This document shows, piece after piece, positions 14,193 to 26,626 of a stretch of DNA of 64,000 bases. How positions within the stretch are numbered: the stretch's first letter is position 1; each line of letters begins with the position of its first letter. Under the pieces are notes generated by a model. The model had not been told where the DNA came from, searched no databases, and saw nothing but the letters and a program-made list of their open reading frames with translations. The stretch is from Vicugna vicugna. Taxonomy: Eukaryota. Made by a program: the position numbers and the translations under genes. Location: NCBI GenBank assembly GCA_013265495.1, contig MU058213.1, positions 62,001-126,000 on the forward strand, given 5' to 3'.

Positions 14193-14674
14193 TGTGGCAG
14201 AGGCAACCATATAGATATGTCAGTATCCCTTCCCCTCTTATTCCCTATTGATCATCAGAAATCACAAAATGCTCAGTTAAAAAGTATTCCCCAGCCTCCC
14301 TTACAGCTGGAATGACCATGTGACTAAGTTCTAGCCAATAAGATATGAGCAGAAGTCACGTGTAGCACCCAGGAAGCCTCCCTAAAGGGAGAGAAGACAC
14401 TTTTGCACTCTTTCTCCTCTCCTTCCTGCTAGCTGAATGAGAATAAGATGTCTGGAGCTTGGCAGCCATCGTGGACCATGAGGTGATGTGCTAAGAATGG
14501 TAGATCAGCAAGACAGAAGGAGTGTGGGTCCCTGATACCTGGAGCCACCATCCCAGCCCTGGGCCCCTTCTGTTGGACCTCTTTGCCATGAGAAACAAAT
14601 AATTTCTGTCTTGTTTAAACTACTATTACTTTCATTTTCCTGTCACAAATAAACAAACCTAATCCTAATTGATA
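14193..14674 (+). mobile_element. MaLR solo LTR (MLT1J-like)
   Basis: CCCAGCCTCCCTTACAGCT...CCATGTGACTAAGTTCTAGCCAATAAGAT, GCAGCCATCGTGGACCATGAGG and terminal CCTAATCCTAATTGATA. Confidence 0.75.
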
Positions 14675-15588
14675 AAATAGTCATCTACTTCATACAAGAC
14701 CTTGTGCTAAATGCTGTAGGGGATTCAAAGGTATATAAGATTTAGACACACAAGACCTGGATAGGAAGGTTCTATCTGGGTCTGAAGGAAAGGCTAAGAA
14801 AGGTTTGGCTTGGCAGGGCCATGAGGGAATTATGGGAGATGAGGCGAGGGACTATGATGAAAAGGGTTTGAATACCACGTTAATGAGGTTGGATTTGATC
14901 CTGTGATGGACAAACAGAGCAGACAACCTTGCCCCAGTTTGCAAATGAAGAAGTCCATGCCTAGGTTACAGGACTTGTCCAAGGTTGCCCAGCCAGGGAG
15001 TGACAGAGCCAATCTCAATTCTCTTAACACTTGGTCCAGTGTCATCCCGCACTTCTGTTCTGCTTTTGAAAGAATCTGAGGCAGAAAGAGTAGGAATGGT
15101 GGTTTTACACTCTGATACAGTCGGGGAACTGGACTGGGCACCCTTCCAGTCGCCCCGAAACTTCTGAGAAGAAGCTTTGGGAATTACCAGAAGTCTAGGA
15201 TCCAGCCCTACCGTTAAGTCGGAGGACCCTTCCTGGGCCCCCTACTTAGCAACCCCCATGAGGCTGCAGTGGCCAGGGTGCTCCTTGCTATGTAGTAGGT
15301 ACCCAAGGGTCAGGCACAGTGCTGGATGCTCTATGCACATTATCTAGTTTACTGCCCTCGACAGTGTAACAAAGTTATAATACCTGTCCCTATTTTACAG
15401 ATGAAGATGAAGAAACAGAGGATCAAAGAAATGAAGCCAAAGTTGCTCAGTTCATGGAAAAGTTAAGGTAAAAGGCCACGTTTGTTCATTTCCATAGACC
15501 TGTTCTAATACTCACATTCTAACATCTTCCCATTCCCTGCCAAACCAAGGAACAGTTTCCTATTGCTGCTCAGTCTCCAAGGACTTAC

Positions 15589-15770
15589 CTCGTTTGATGG
15601 GTTGACCGGTGCCAAGGGTCTCCTGCCAGATTCAAACCCTGCTCATTCCACCTGCAGTCAGGAGCCAGCATCTCATCCAGGAGTCACATCACCCATGCTT
15701 TGCACATGACCCCATGCAGATGAGGAATCTCCTGGGGAGAGAGCGGACCCACAGATGCCCGGACCTCTGT
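15589..15770 (-). other. CYP19A1: Putative orthologue of CYP19A1 untranslated first exon I.4 (5' end uncertain)
   Basis: Minus strand reads ...TCTGGCAGGAGACCCTTGGCACCGGTCAACCCATCAAACGAG|GTAAGT. This resembles the 3' end of human exon I.4 as I recall it (...CCTGACAGGAGGTCCCTGGCACTGGTCAGCCCATCAAACCAG). Consensus donor; correct strand and order relative to GLDN. Confidence 0.75.
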
Positions 15771-15885
15771 GACCTAAGGCCTCCCAAGACTCTTAATTTT
15801 GGCTGGTCATGGGGCAGGGATATCAGAGTCCTCCCATTGTAGGTTCTAGAGGTCATAGATTCCAGTGAGTTGTTTCATGGGATCA

Positions 15886-16065
15886 GGGACGCTCTGTTCT
15901 TTGTGTCCTTTCTGTGGCTGTCATGGTTAGAATGCATTTGTTCTGATTTGCACTGACATTCATTCAATAAACAACTGGTCATTGGAACTGAATCTCCTAT
16001 CATTGCCAGCATTTAGAAAGTTGAGTTTCATTTTGCTGGTCATCTAGTGTGTATCTTTCCAGTAA
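15886..16065 (-). promoter_or_regulatory. CYP19A1: Candidate promoter I.4 elements: GRE-like and GAS (STAT)-like sites
   Basis: GGGACGctcTGTTCT at 15886-15900 (GRE-like) and TTCCAGTAA at 16057-16065 (GAS-like). The order exon-GRE-GAS is the one described for the human glucocorticoid/cytokine-responsive promoter I.4. Confidence 0.5.
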
Positions 16066-19000
16066 TGTGGTATGTCCAGTGTTCCAAAATGAACCACATA
16101 TTCCCCTAAGCTGACTATACTGGTTTTCTTCTGGAAATTTCAGAGGAAGCACCCTGAGATGTAGCCTGCAGAGCTAAAGGTGATGGGTGGACCTTGGTCC
16201 CTCTGCATTCATTACCCAAATACAAGGGGCCAGGCACTTGGCCAGGCTTTGCCCTGGGCCATCACCAGTCCACCCTGTTCTTGTCTTGCACAACCTCCCT
16301 TCCCTTTGGCCAGTCTCTGTTTCTTTCTGAGCTCAGCCTAAGATTCTCACCCCCACACCCTCTCCCCTAATCAGACTGAAGATGGAATATGTTCACCTTA
16401 TTTTATTATAACTAGATATATGAGGCTTAGCCTAAGGCTATTAGTTTTTAATAGCTAATAGAATATTCATCCATTTCCTTATAAACACTGTAATCAACAT
16501 TCCTATTCTCAGATGCACCACTCAAAGTATCTAAAATCAGACATGAAAGAGTAATTTAAATTTACTCATAACCAAGTTTTCTGAAGATACAAGCAGATTC
16601 TGTCAGATGCAGAAGCACACGCAGTTCCCACAAAGACTTTCACGCATTGTAGCATGTCAGAATATCTCACCAGAGCTATTTGTTACACCTTGTAGTCATT
16701 CTTACAAACAGTTTTTACACAATCCTCATAACCCACCATTGTCACCAATAAGTGATGGCAATTTAAGTGGTTGGAGCATTACCAAAGGCTCATTGCTTCA
16801 TTGGCTATAGCAGTTTCATAAAAATCATGCCCTAAGTGTTTCATATACAGCAGTGCATTGCATTTATACATCCTTCTAGGAAGAATAAGCAGCCGGTGGG
16901 CCCAAAAGGATTTTGAAATCCTGTACCACGCCATACACGTACTAGCTGTCCTTCTAGACAGACAACAATAGATGTTGGCCAAAATCAGGCTAGGTTCCAG
17001 GACCAGTTTACCTCTTAATAGTTGTGTGATCTTCTAGTAGGTCAGCACTCTCTGAACCTCAGGTTTTTCATCCGTAAAATGGAAATGATAATAATGCCTG
17101 CCCTACTGTGAGGTTCAAACGAGATCAGGGATAAGAAATCCTTTCTAGGCCACAAAGCAACAATCATATGTTACCCATTTTTTCACGCATGTTTACTCTT
17201 AATCTTCACAATGCTAGGAGTGAGACACCGTCTTCCCCTTTTACGGACACAGAGACTCAAGTGACTAAGCACTGGAGGGCCTTGAGTCCAAGCCTCGATC
17301 CCCCCTGTCCAGTGCCATTTCCCCACTGTGCGGTGGCCCAGCGCATAGCCCCCCCACCATCACTGCTGCGTGCCGGGAGCAAATCAGTTGTCAAGAGCAC
17401 ACTCTGCCCTTTCTGCCGCGGTGCCTGACTGGGCTCAGCCCAGTTCAAGATGCTGACAAACTTCAGGCCTGGTGCCTGAAAGAAAGAAGTTTTTCAAGGA
17501 TATAAGGTGTGTTTGAACATGTGACAGTTGATATATACAGAATAGAGATTTTTGCTTTCATTATCCTTTTCACAGTGGTTGCTGGCGTGAACTTTTGAGA
17601 AAGTGCCAAATATCTGTAAGAACATATATCTGCCCCCATAGGGAGATTCTATAGAATTCAATTCTATTATTTAAAATAGTTTTTCTGCCAACCAGCCCCT
17701 GCCTGAAGCTTGACACAGCAACTAGACTGATAATCTACAGCTATCTTAAGACAACTTTGTCAACCACTTTGATTTTAAATCCCATTCTTTTGACTATTTT
17801 AAAGATTATATGTTCCAAGGTATCCTTCTAAAAACTTGGTTTTATGTACTTACAATTTTTTCTGCAATAGATAATACTAATGGTTAAATTTGACCCCTTT
17901 GACAGAAAAGAGATCATTGGATCCCTAAGGGTCAAGGGGAAGTTTATTGCAAAGGGCTTGGGGGAGTTTTGAAGAACTCTTCCACACTTTGATTATGGTG
18001 GTGATTGCATTTGTCAAATTTTGGGGTCAGTTTTATTGGATGTAAATTCTGCTTCAGTAAACATGACTTTAAAAATTAAAAAAAAAAAAAAGCCACACTC
18101 CAGGCAGAGGGGAACCAAGGAAGCCCTACCCTGGCCCCCAACACAACTGTGTTTGCCAAGCATCTGTGGAGTTCCTGCCTTCACCCCAGCCCTGGGCCAA
18201 GAAAGCACTGGGCAAAGCACAGGGGATTCAACAGCACTGTCCTGAAGAGGCTCGTCATCTGGCTGAGGGAAGAACTCAGAGACACGCATAAGCAACGGTC
18301 CAGCACAAAATAGCGCATGGTCAGGGGCCAAGTGAGTGGGAAAGACAGATGGACATTCCCAGAGGCTCTGTTTGTGGACCCTGGCAACTCCTAAAGGTCT
18401 CTATGGCCCCCAAAAGCCTGTGAACTATATTGAAAGAAATGCTGTTTAGAAAAGAGACCTGACACACGAAATTCCTGCGAGCAGCAGCCCACTCAGGGAG
18501 CATGCTCCTCGGCGTGTGAGAGGTGGGAAGCGGGAAGGTAGCCCCCACCCCCATCCTTGGGGCCCTCCCGTCTCTGGCTGCTGGGGCTGCTTCCTGGACA
18601 TGAGGTGGACTGAGTGGGGAGGTGCAAGCACCTTCCCGCCTCCTTGCTTGGGTGGGTGGGGGGTGCTCATCCATGAGTTGCACAGGCTCTGGCCTCTTCA
18701 GAGGAAGGTGGCCTGATTGCCAGGCCCGGTGTTCTTCCCCTGATCTCTTGCTGAGAACAGGTGAAGCCTTTCCATGAGCTGTGCAGCCCCTTACCTGATC
18801 TGGAGGCACAAAGGGAAAATTAATATAGAGAGCTACTTTAAATGCCTCCCTTGTTTTGTTTACTGTACTTGCAGAAGGGAACTGCTTTGGCGGTTAGAGA
18901 GAAGTTTGATATAAGAGTTTGTTGCTGCTGCTGTTCACCACCCAAACAGGAAAAACAAACTGGCAATACTCGAAGGTCAGTAATACCACTGAATCGCTTT

Positions 19001-20210
19001 AAAATGTATCCTAGGCTCCCATCATTTGTCACGTTTTTAAATTTCTGGAAGAGTAGAGAGGTCTCTGAGGAGAATTTGCCATAATCTAATTCTTGACAAG
19101 ATGTTTTCCACCTTCCCTCCCCAAACTCCCTCATCAGGGTTTTGCAAGTACATTTGATTGCAACTCACCGTCTGGCCTTCGGCAAGCCCCTAATGACAGT
19201 GCCCCTAACTTCCCCTCCTGCTCTGCAGCCCCTTTCAGTTCCGTGGGTCCAGAACCAGTGATCCCATTAAGATACAATGCAGTTCCTAGAATTATAGGTT
19301 TGCAGGGAACACAACCTGCTTCTGGCCCAGCTGTTCCTAAACAGCTGCTTACACAGAGGTTTGAGACTTTCAAGTCTCAGTAATAGCTCCAAGGAATTCA
19401 GTGTTTTCTTCTGTACCAAATCCCTCCTGGAACCACAAGCGCCCTGGACAGGTCTTAGCTGGCCCAGTAAAAAGAAGGAAATTGACCTTCTGCGCCCCTC
19501 CCAAGCTTGCTCTTCCAGTGACCTCCTAGACCGCTTTCTCTGGACCCCTCTCCATACCCCAACTGCCCCAAGAGTCCAGGCCCTTCGGTGGCCTGCCACA
19601 CCTGGCCTTCTCCAGGCCTCTTCTCCCCTGCCTGCTGAGAGGCTCCTTCTGTAGGGGCTATACTCAGGTAGGATGGAGCCAACTGACTAACTCCCACTCA
19701 GGCTTAATGCTTCCTCAAGAATGAAAATCCAGATGTCCCATAGGAGAAGAAAGCCATAACATTTCCACAGAAATTAACTTTAAAGAGTGGAACTTGAGGC
19801 ATCAAAGATGAACCAAGAGAGGGAGATGTTTTGTTGCATGGGAGCCTTCCAACGCCAAATTTTTGGATTTGGGTTTGGCTCTATTCTGTCTTTAAAAACT
19901 GTGTGCTCTTGGGAAATTTATTTAAGCATTCTGAAATCTGATTTTTATGACTATAAAGTGGCTCTGGAGCCTCTGACCCACCACTACGAGATCATGTGAA
20001 AGTGCTTGAAAACTAAAGGTCAGCACAGACTGGCATGTCCGCCCCCCACCCCCCGCAGTGCGTCTGGAAGCAGCCCCTCTCTTAAGTCAGCTGTATCTTA
20101 GCTCCACCACTCAGAAGCCCTGCAGAGAAGATGCAGGAGGGAGAGAAAGATGCTCATGTTTTCATTTCCAGCCTTCCCCACCCTTCATCCTCTCCCCACT
20201 GCCTAATCAC

Positions 20211-20225
20211 TGGAGGGATTCCGAA

Positions 20226-20258
<33 letters not shown>

Positions 20259-20350
20259 CTGTGTGTATGTGTGTGGATTCCTGCCCCATCCCACCAACTA
20301 AGAAAACACTCCAAACCTCTGAAACCCACAGGCTGAATTTCACCATGGTC
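20211..20350 (-). other. CYP19A1: Putative orthologue of CYP19A1 untranslated exon 2a (boundaries approximate)
   Basis: Minus strand GGTGAAATTCAGCCTGTGGGTTTCAGAGGTTTGGAGTGTTTTCTT...GAATCCACACAC...AAACATTCGGAATCCCT matches my memory of human exon 2a (GTGAAATTCAGCCTGTGGATTCCAGAAATTTGGAGTGTTTCTT...ATCCGCACACACAAAGCAACATTTGGAAATCCCT). It lies about 4.6 kb upstream of the I.4-like exon. The donor here is weak (CCA|GTGATT). Confidence 0.7.
20230..20275. repeat. (TG)n microsatellite inside the exon-2a-like sequence
   Basis: About 14 perfect TG units followed by interrupted units. Confidence 0.95.
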
Positions 20351-21444
20351 AGGGTTTCTGACACTGTAACAGAACAGCAAGAGACTGGCGTGCAGTGTGA
20401 AAGGGAGGAGGGTCTGTCGTGGATAAAACTAGGGGACGTGAGGGTTTTGCTTTTTTTTAAACCTACAGAAAAATGTAGCCCCTATGACACTATCCACAGC
20501 ATCTTTCAGCCCCCTCAAAGACTGGGCAGCACAATGACAAGCTTGGTGCTATTTTAAAATCAGGCAGCCCATGCAGTGGGGCTGTTCCTACATTCTCCTC
20601 AGTCAGAGGTCAGCCCTCCAGTCCCCAACACAATGGGAACTCTCCTTATTTAAATGTAAGCATTTCTTGTCTTCTCCAACAATTAATATTGATAAAATCA
20701 TAAACACTATGCTGGCAATTATTTTAGCTGTTTCTGGTTACCACTAGGCTCGTATGATGACAGTGTGCTCCCATTTATGTTTGAAAATCGTTCTAAAAAT
20801 GCTCACAGAAATAAGAGTGAATAAAACAAAGCCAATTCCTAGGACGCGAATCTTGTAAAGAGAGGGACCATCATGTTTAAATAAGCCCTAGTCTGAAATT
20901 AAGTAGTGCATGCTGGGTGACAGGGTCACACACTGATCAGAGCTGGGCAGAACCTTCTTCCAATCCAGCTCACTGCTGGTTGAGAATGAAACTGAAGTAA
21001 AATAATAGAAACAAAAAGGTAATTATGAGCTAAACAGAGAAAAGGCAAATTCAAAGCTGTTTTAAAACTTAACACTGATTTAAATCCAACTAACAAACAA
21101 ACAAAAGGAAATTAAATGAGAAAAAGCATACATAGAAAATGCAAATTTCAGATAGAGTAAATGTTAACTGGAAATCCATTACAGCTGTCCCCTGATCTGG
21201 AGTTTTTATTGTCAGCCATACAGATCCTAGTGGGTTGAAATTCTGAGGAGACAGTGATTGGGAAAACAAAGGTCATAAGCAAATAGTAACAAAACGCCAG
21301 GGCTTGTCTTTGACACAAATTGAAGTCGGAAGTGGAGATGCAACCTCATTTTCTGGTGAAAATGACCAGGAAGAATAAACAGAGAAATAAAACTGTTCTT
21401 TCTCTTCTTCCCACAAAAGGGAATAAAATATCAGTAACGAGAAA

Positions 21445-21853
21445 AACAAAGTAATTGAGAGAATTCCTGAGTCCAGATTAAACTGTCCTAGTTTGATTGG
21501 GGTGGGTTCCCAAACCAGGCTGCTCCAGGGCAAGGCCCTTATAGTGGTTCTGAACAGCAAGCTGAGGACAGATGCCCTGTGGGTGCTTATGGCTGGCAGG
21601 GTACAGAGGTTGTAAAGACAGGAGACTGGGAAGAAAGTTTCCCTTATAAGAACTTTTACCCCAAAGATATTCACCTCCTCCACCATCTGCTTTCTCTGCT
21701 CCATCCTCTTAGGCTAACAGTATGACACTAAACCATGGAGCTTGTCTCTCATTCTTATCCAACAAGTAATTAAAAGAATTCCTGAGTCCCCCCAAATTCT
21801 CCCGGTTTGATTAGGGTAGTTGTCCAAGTCAGGTTGCTATGGAGCAAGGACCT
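21445..21853 (+). repeat. Diverged direct repeat of about 90 bp (21445-21538 and 21761-21853)
   Basis: AAGTAATTGAGAGAATTCCTGAGTCC...GTTTGATTGGGGTGG...CCAAACCAGGCTGCT...GCAAGG versus AAGTAATTAAAAGAATTCCTGAGTCC...GTTTGATTAGGGTAG...CCAAGTCAGGTTGCT...GCAAGG. Confidence 0.85.
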
Positions 21854-23536
21854 GTTTTACTGAGCACTGTCAGCCCAATCCATAATTTACCTAGAACCTC
21901 CCAGCCACGGCTTCCAAGAGACCAGAGGCAAAGCTCTTCTAGGAAAATGAAGGAAGAGAAGTGCATATATCCAGAACTCCTGGAGAACAAGGAATGAGAC
22001 TATGGCAAAACTAATAGGAACATGACATGGATCTCACAGTAAAAGAATTCTTGCTGGGACAATTCTCAATTACAATAAAATGTACAAAGTGGCTCAAGTT
22101 TAAATATTATACATTCCAGGACCTAGACTTTCACTCAGTTTTTTTTTAAATCAGAATTATCTAAAGTTATGCAAAGTACCTAAAGAAAGGAACAATGTAC
22201 ATATGGCATAGTATTGTCTTTCAAACTCAAAAATAGTAAGTTGTAAAACAGGATAGAGTTGTAGCCCATCCTCAAGCCCATTGGCCATAAATACAGAATA
22301 CTGAACCTGGAAGGAGTCTTAATAGGAGACCCAGGTCTAGGGTGATAATATCATCTGACAAAATGAGGCACGGGGCTGTGGGGAGGGCCAGTGTAATGAG
22401 GGGCTTTAAAGCTTAAGCATCTTTAGCTTAAGGTACATACCTCTGCCAATGTATCACTGTGTAATTCCTTCAAGGAGTTGTTTATTGCTGTTCATTGACT
22501 CACAGACTTTTAACCTGAAAATATGAACCGCCTTGTCTGTGGCCATGCAGCTAGCTTGTGGAAAAGTCAGGGATCAAGCCAGTCTTTTAAATCCAAATCC
22601 AGAGCTGTGTTCCCTGCACCCCACTACATCTCCAGCTACTTTGTATTCAATCCTAATCATCTGAAAGTGGCTCAGATGTTTGGTTCCAGGTAGTCAATAA
22701 AAGGTCTTAATTATCTGGCATCTTGAAAGAATAAACACTCCTAACATTTAGAAGTAAAGTAACGTAGGACTTAGTCCAGCCCTAAAGGAAGCTGGCGGGT
22801 GATACATGGTGCCATATGTCACGCTGGTGACAGCCCAGATCTCTCCTGCTTGGGCTCATTGCTAGTCTCCATTCCTTCCAGAATCAGGTGCCAGAGCTAA
22901 TTAAATTCTGATTAAAGCCCAAGGCACCACCAGGGGTTTAGCTGGTGAGCTGGCTGGTTAGAAAGAACAAAACAGCTCCTTCTATTTGATTTCCAGACAC
23001 TGGGATTAAGTTAGTAGAGCTATCCAGTATTCCTTCCACATGATGCATTTATTCATTCACTCACTCATTCATTCATTTATTCGACATTCTTAACGAGCAC
23101 CTTACGACATAGGACACATCCATCTCTCCCCTCTAGGAACTTACAGTCCATTTGAGGAAATAGGAAATGAACTCATGAAAAGAAGTTAAGACGGAGCAAG
23201 TGTAGGCATATCAGGGGAGGGGGGGAGAGAGGTTCTTTGAAGTGGAGCCTATTCAGGCAACCTTCATGGAAGAGGCAGAACCTATAAGCTCCCGGGAGGA
23301 ACTAAGCAGGGAGCCTCTTGATCTTTCCATCCCTTAGTTAAAGAAAGAAATATCTCGGTGACACTAAGGAATAGGACACATCAACCATTTTCCTAGGGAT
23401 TAGTTAATTTCTGAAGTTACCCCAAAGTGGAAGAAAGTTATTGGGGACCCAGTTTCCTCACTGTACATAGGCCCCACTGTACATGGGCTTGAGGCTGACA
23501 GAGAAGCATTTCTTCAGAGACACTGGTTCACTGGCA

Positions 23537-24290
23537 ATAGTGGATCTCAGCCACATTAGACCCAATGCTCTTTCTCATAACAAATCATTTGTAACTGTCC
23601 CTCTGTTACACTCAAATGAAAACCACAGATAATACAGTCTGCCTACACACAAAATTTCCCAAGATCTATAATTTCAAAAAAAATTCAAAACAATGTACTC
23701 GCTTCATTGTAATCCAGGAACAAAGAAAAGCAGTTTTATAGTAAAATAATAAGTATGTCAATACTTGAAAAAATGTGTACACAACTACAATGGAAGAGCT
23801 AATGAGTAGTTAGATGTCTGCACCTACATGCAGAAGGATCATAGATGCAATAGGTGCGAGTGCTTACAGATTCACATGTGTTTTAAGGGCCACTCACCTA
23901 CTGTGCTTGGCATTGCCATTCATAATATGATTTTCCAGAATGGTGCACAACCCTCAGTAAAGTTCTGAACGAAGTGTACCACCTTCACTCAATTTTTCCC
24001 TCTTGAAGAATGCAATGTATGTTAAAGCTGCAAAAAGTCCTTTGCGTTTTTATATAAAATAGAGTTGGATCCTAGACCGAGATAATTATGAACAGGATTT
24101 TCACATATGTGAACATCCAGGGGGATGTTTGGAAGTCCCCACAAAGACTGTCTTGTACTGACTACTGTAGAACATGTGACACTTCTGCCCGTGTCCACTG
24201 AGTGCCGGTAGCACCCACACTACATCATTGTGACAGATGCTTCCAGAATTTCCCAAAACACCTCTTAGGAGGTGGAACCACTCTCTCTGG
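23537..24290. mobile_element. Probable hAT-Charlie element (MER20B-like)
   Basis: Begins with an AGTGGATCTCAG TIR-like end. The right end (CATTGTGACAGATGCTTCCAGAATTTCCCAAAACACCTCTTAGGAGGTGG) is MER20-like. Confidence 0.45.
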
Positions 24291-24393
24291 GAAGCCTAAG
24301 ATAGAGGGCAGGGGTGTGTGTATGTGCGGTGGGGGTGCGGGGGTCTTCCAACAGCTGGAGGTGTAGGGGTCATGTGCTCACTCTACTGCTTTC

Positions 24394-24907
24394 TGTGATG
24401 GTTAATTTTATGTGTCAGCTTGACTGGGTCATAGGGTGCCCAGCCACCTGGTCAAACACTTTTCTGGGCATTTCTATGAGTGTGTTTTTGAATGAGATTA
24501 ACATTTAAACCAGTAGGCTGGGTAAAGCAGATTGCTCTCCCTAATGTGGATAGGTCTCGTCCAATCAGTTAAAGGCCTGAATAGAGCAAAATTCTGACCC
24601 TCCCTTAAGGAAGAGAGGATTCCTCCTGCCTGACTGCCTTCAAACTGGGAAACTGGCTTTTTCCCACCTTAGGTCTCAAACTGAAACACTGGCTCTTCCT
24701 GAGTCTTGGGCCTGTCAGCATTCAGACTGGCACCACACCATCAGGTCTCCTGGGTCTCCAGCTTGCCAACACGCTGCACATCTGCCAGCCTCCATAATCA
24801 TGTGAGTCAGCTCCTTACAATAAATCTGTATGTGTGTGTATGCACAGACTATTTCTATATGTTATCGATACTTTTCTATGTATACATCTCTGAAGAACCC
24901 TAACACA
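24394..24907 (+). mobile_element. ERVL solo LTR (MLT2B-like)
   Basis: Diagnostic start TGTGATGGTTAATTTTATGTGTCAGCTTGACTGGG and end CTCTGAAGAACCCTAACACA. Confidence 0.9.
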
Positions 24908-25732
24908 CTCCCACACAAGTCTAAGCTATGTCCTTGCCTGGCCAGCCTCTGGCCTTCTGGTCCCCATTCCATCATAGCCCTTAGTCCACCCTAAAACCAC
25001 CTGGAGCACTGGATCAGGAGGCTCCAGCTCTAGCACACAAGACCCCACCCCAAACTCAGCATGAAGTAGGCAGTGGCAAACAGGAAGGGGAGCGGGTACC
25101 AAGAAGGCAACTTTTAAAATTGATTGGCCCCTAGGACTTTGGCCCCTTTTCAGCATCTGCTTGGACATTCAGGCTTGAAGCTTCTTGTAAAACAGGGAGG
25201 ACCTTTTGGGGAAGATGTGTGCGTTAGTAGTACTCCCCAAGAAATGTAACAGGCAGGTCAAGAAGGCCAGGGCCAAAGGCAGGAGCATTTTACAAGGTAA
25301 GCAGATTTAGAGAACCCCCAAGGGAGCATCCTTTCCCTTGAGAAACTGGGCAGAAGGGATGACGTTCTGAAACTGATTACTTCCCCTTCAGTGAGTGAGT
25401 CGTGTGGTCAGGAAAGGGGCCCCAGAAAGGAACTGTAGCAAAGGTATTTCATTTTATCAGGCATTCACTCACCCATTCAAAGATGTACTGAATGTCTCCT
25501 GCATGCCAGGCCCGCATTAAGTTCTGAGAATATAGTGATGAGCAAGATGTAGACCTGCACTTAAGGAGCTCACAACTGGCAAGATAGAAAGGCAATTATG
25601 AAATGATGGGATGTACACCAGGATAGGTAAACACAGTTGCAGAGGGAGCACATAGTTAGGGCAGCCTACTCTCTCAAGGAGGTGCCTCAGGGGTGAGGAA
25701 GGATCCCCAAAGGCAATACCAGAAGTGAGGGG

Positions 25733-26130
25733 TTTTTTTAATGAAGCAGAGTTAACGTGCAAAATTATGTTACTTTCAGGTGTAAAACATAGTGATTGAG
25801 TATTTCCTACATTACAAGATGATCACCATTATGAGTGTAGTTCCCATCTATCACCATACAAGTCATTGCAGTACTGTGGACTGTGTTCCCTATGCTGTAT
25901 GTTACAACCCCATGACTGGCTTTATAACTGTGAGACTGTAGCTCTTAATCTCCTTTACCTATTTAGCCCATTCCTTTACCCTCTCACCTCTGACAACCAC
26001 TAGTTTGTTCTCTGTATCTATGAGTCTGTTTATGTTTTATTATGTTTGTTGTTTTGTTTTGTAGATTCCACATATAAGTGATATCATATGGTACTTGTCT
26101 TTCTCTCTCTGACTTATTTCACTTAGCATA
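25733..26130 (-). mobile_element. L1 3'-end fragment
   Basis: Antisense L1 3'UTR/ORF2 end (AGATTCCACATATAAGTGATATCATATGGTACTTGTCTTTCTCTCTCTGACTTATTTCACTTAGCATA), inserted within L2 sequence. Confidence 0.85.
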
Positions 26131-26590
26131 ATTTTTAAGAATGGATTTAAGTTAGGCAGAGAGGGGAAGAATGGCACGAGAGGCATAGAGATGCACACTG
26201 CAATGGCATGGAGCAGGGAAGGAGCGAGTGCCTCCCGGAAGCTAGAAGAAGGAACATAACGTGAGAAAAAGGCCGGAGAGAATAGGCAGGGGTCAGATCA
26301 TGGAGGGCCCTGTGTGAGTAATGCCAGCAAGCCTGGTTTTCACTCTGAACGTAATAGGAAGCCATTAAGATATTTTAAGCAAGGAAGTGACGTGATCAGA
26401 TTTGTGTCATAAACCTATCACTTCCAGTGAAGAATCAATTTAGGTGTATAAATTAGTTAACTGGAAGCAGGAGCAGCACTAGGGAAGGTGCTGCATAATC
26501 TGGTTGAGGTGTGATGGGAACCCAAATTAAGGCACAGGGCAGGGAGAAAGGAAGGAATATAAAGAATATCAAGTGGATAAAGGATTTGTA

Positions 26591-26626
<36 letters not shown>

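Noticed and set aside
16480..16960. Possible DNA-transposon or pseudogene remnant upstream of promoter I.4
   Set aside because: Only a vague GNAPT-like motif; no TIRs or continuous frame that I could support.
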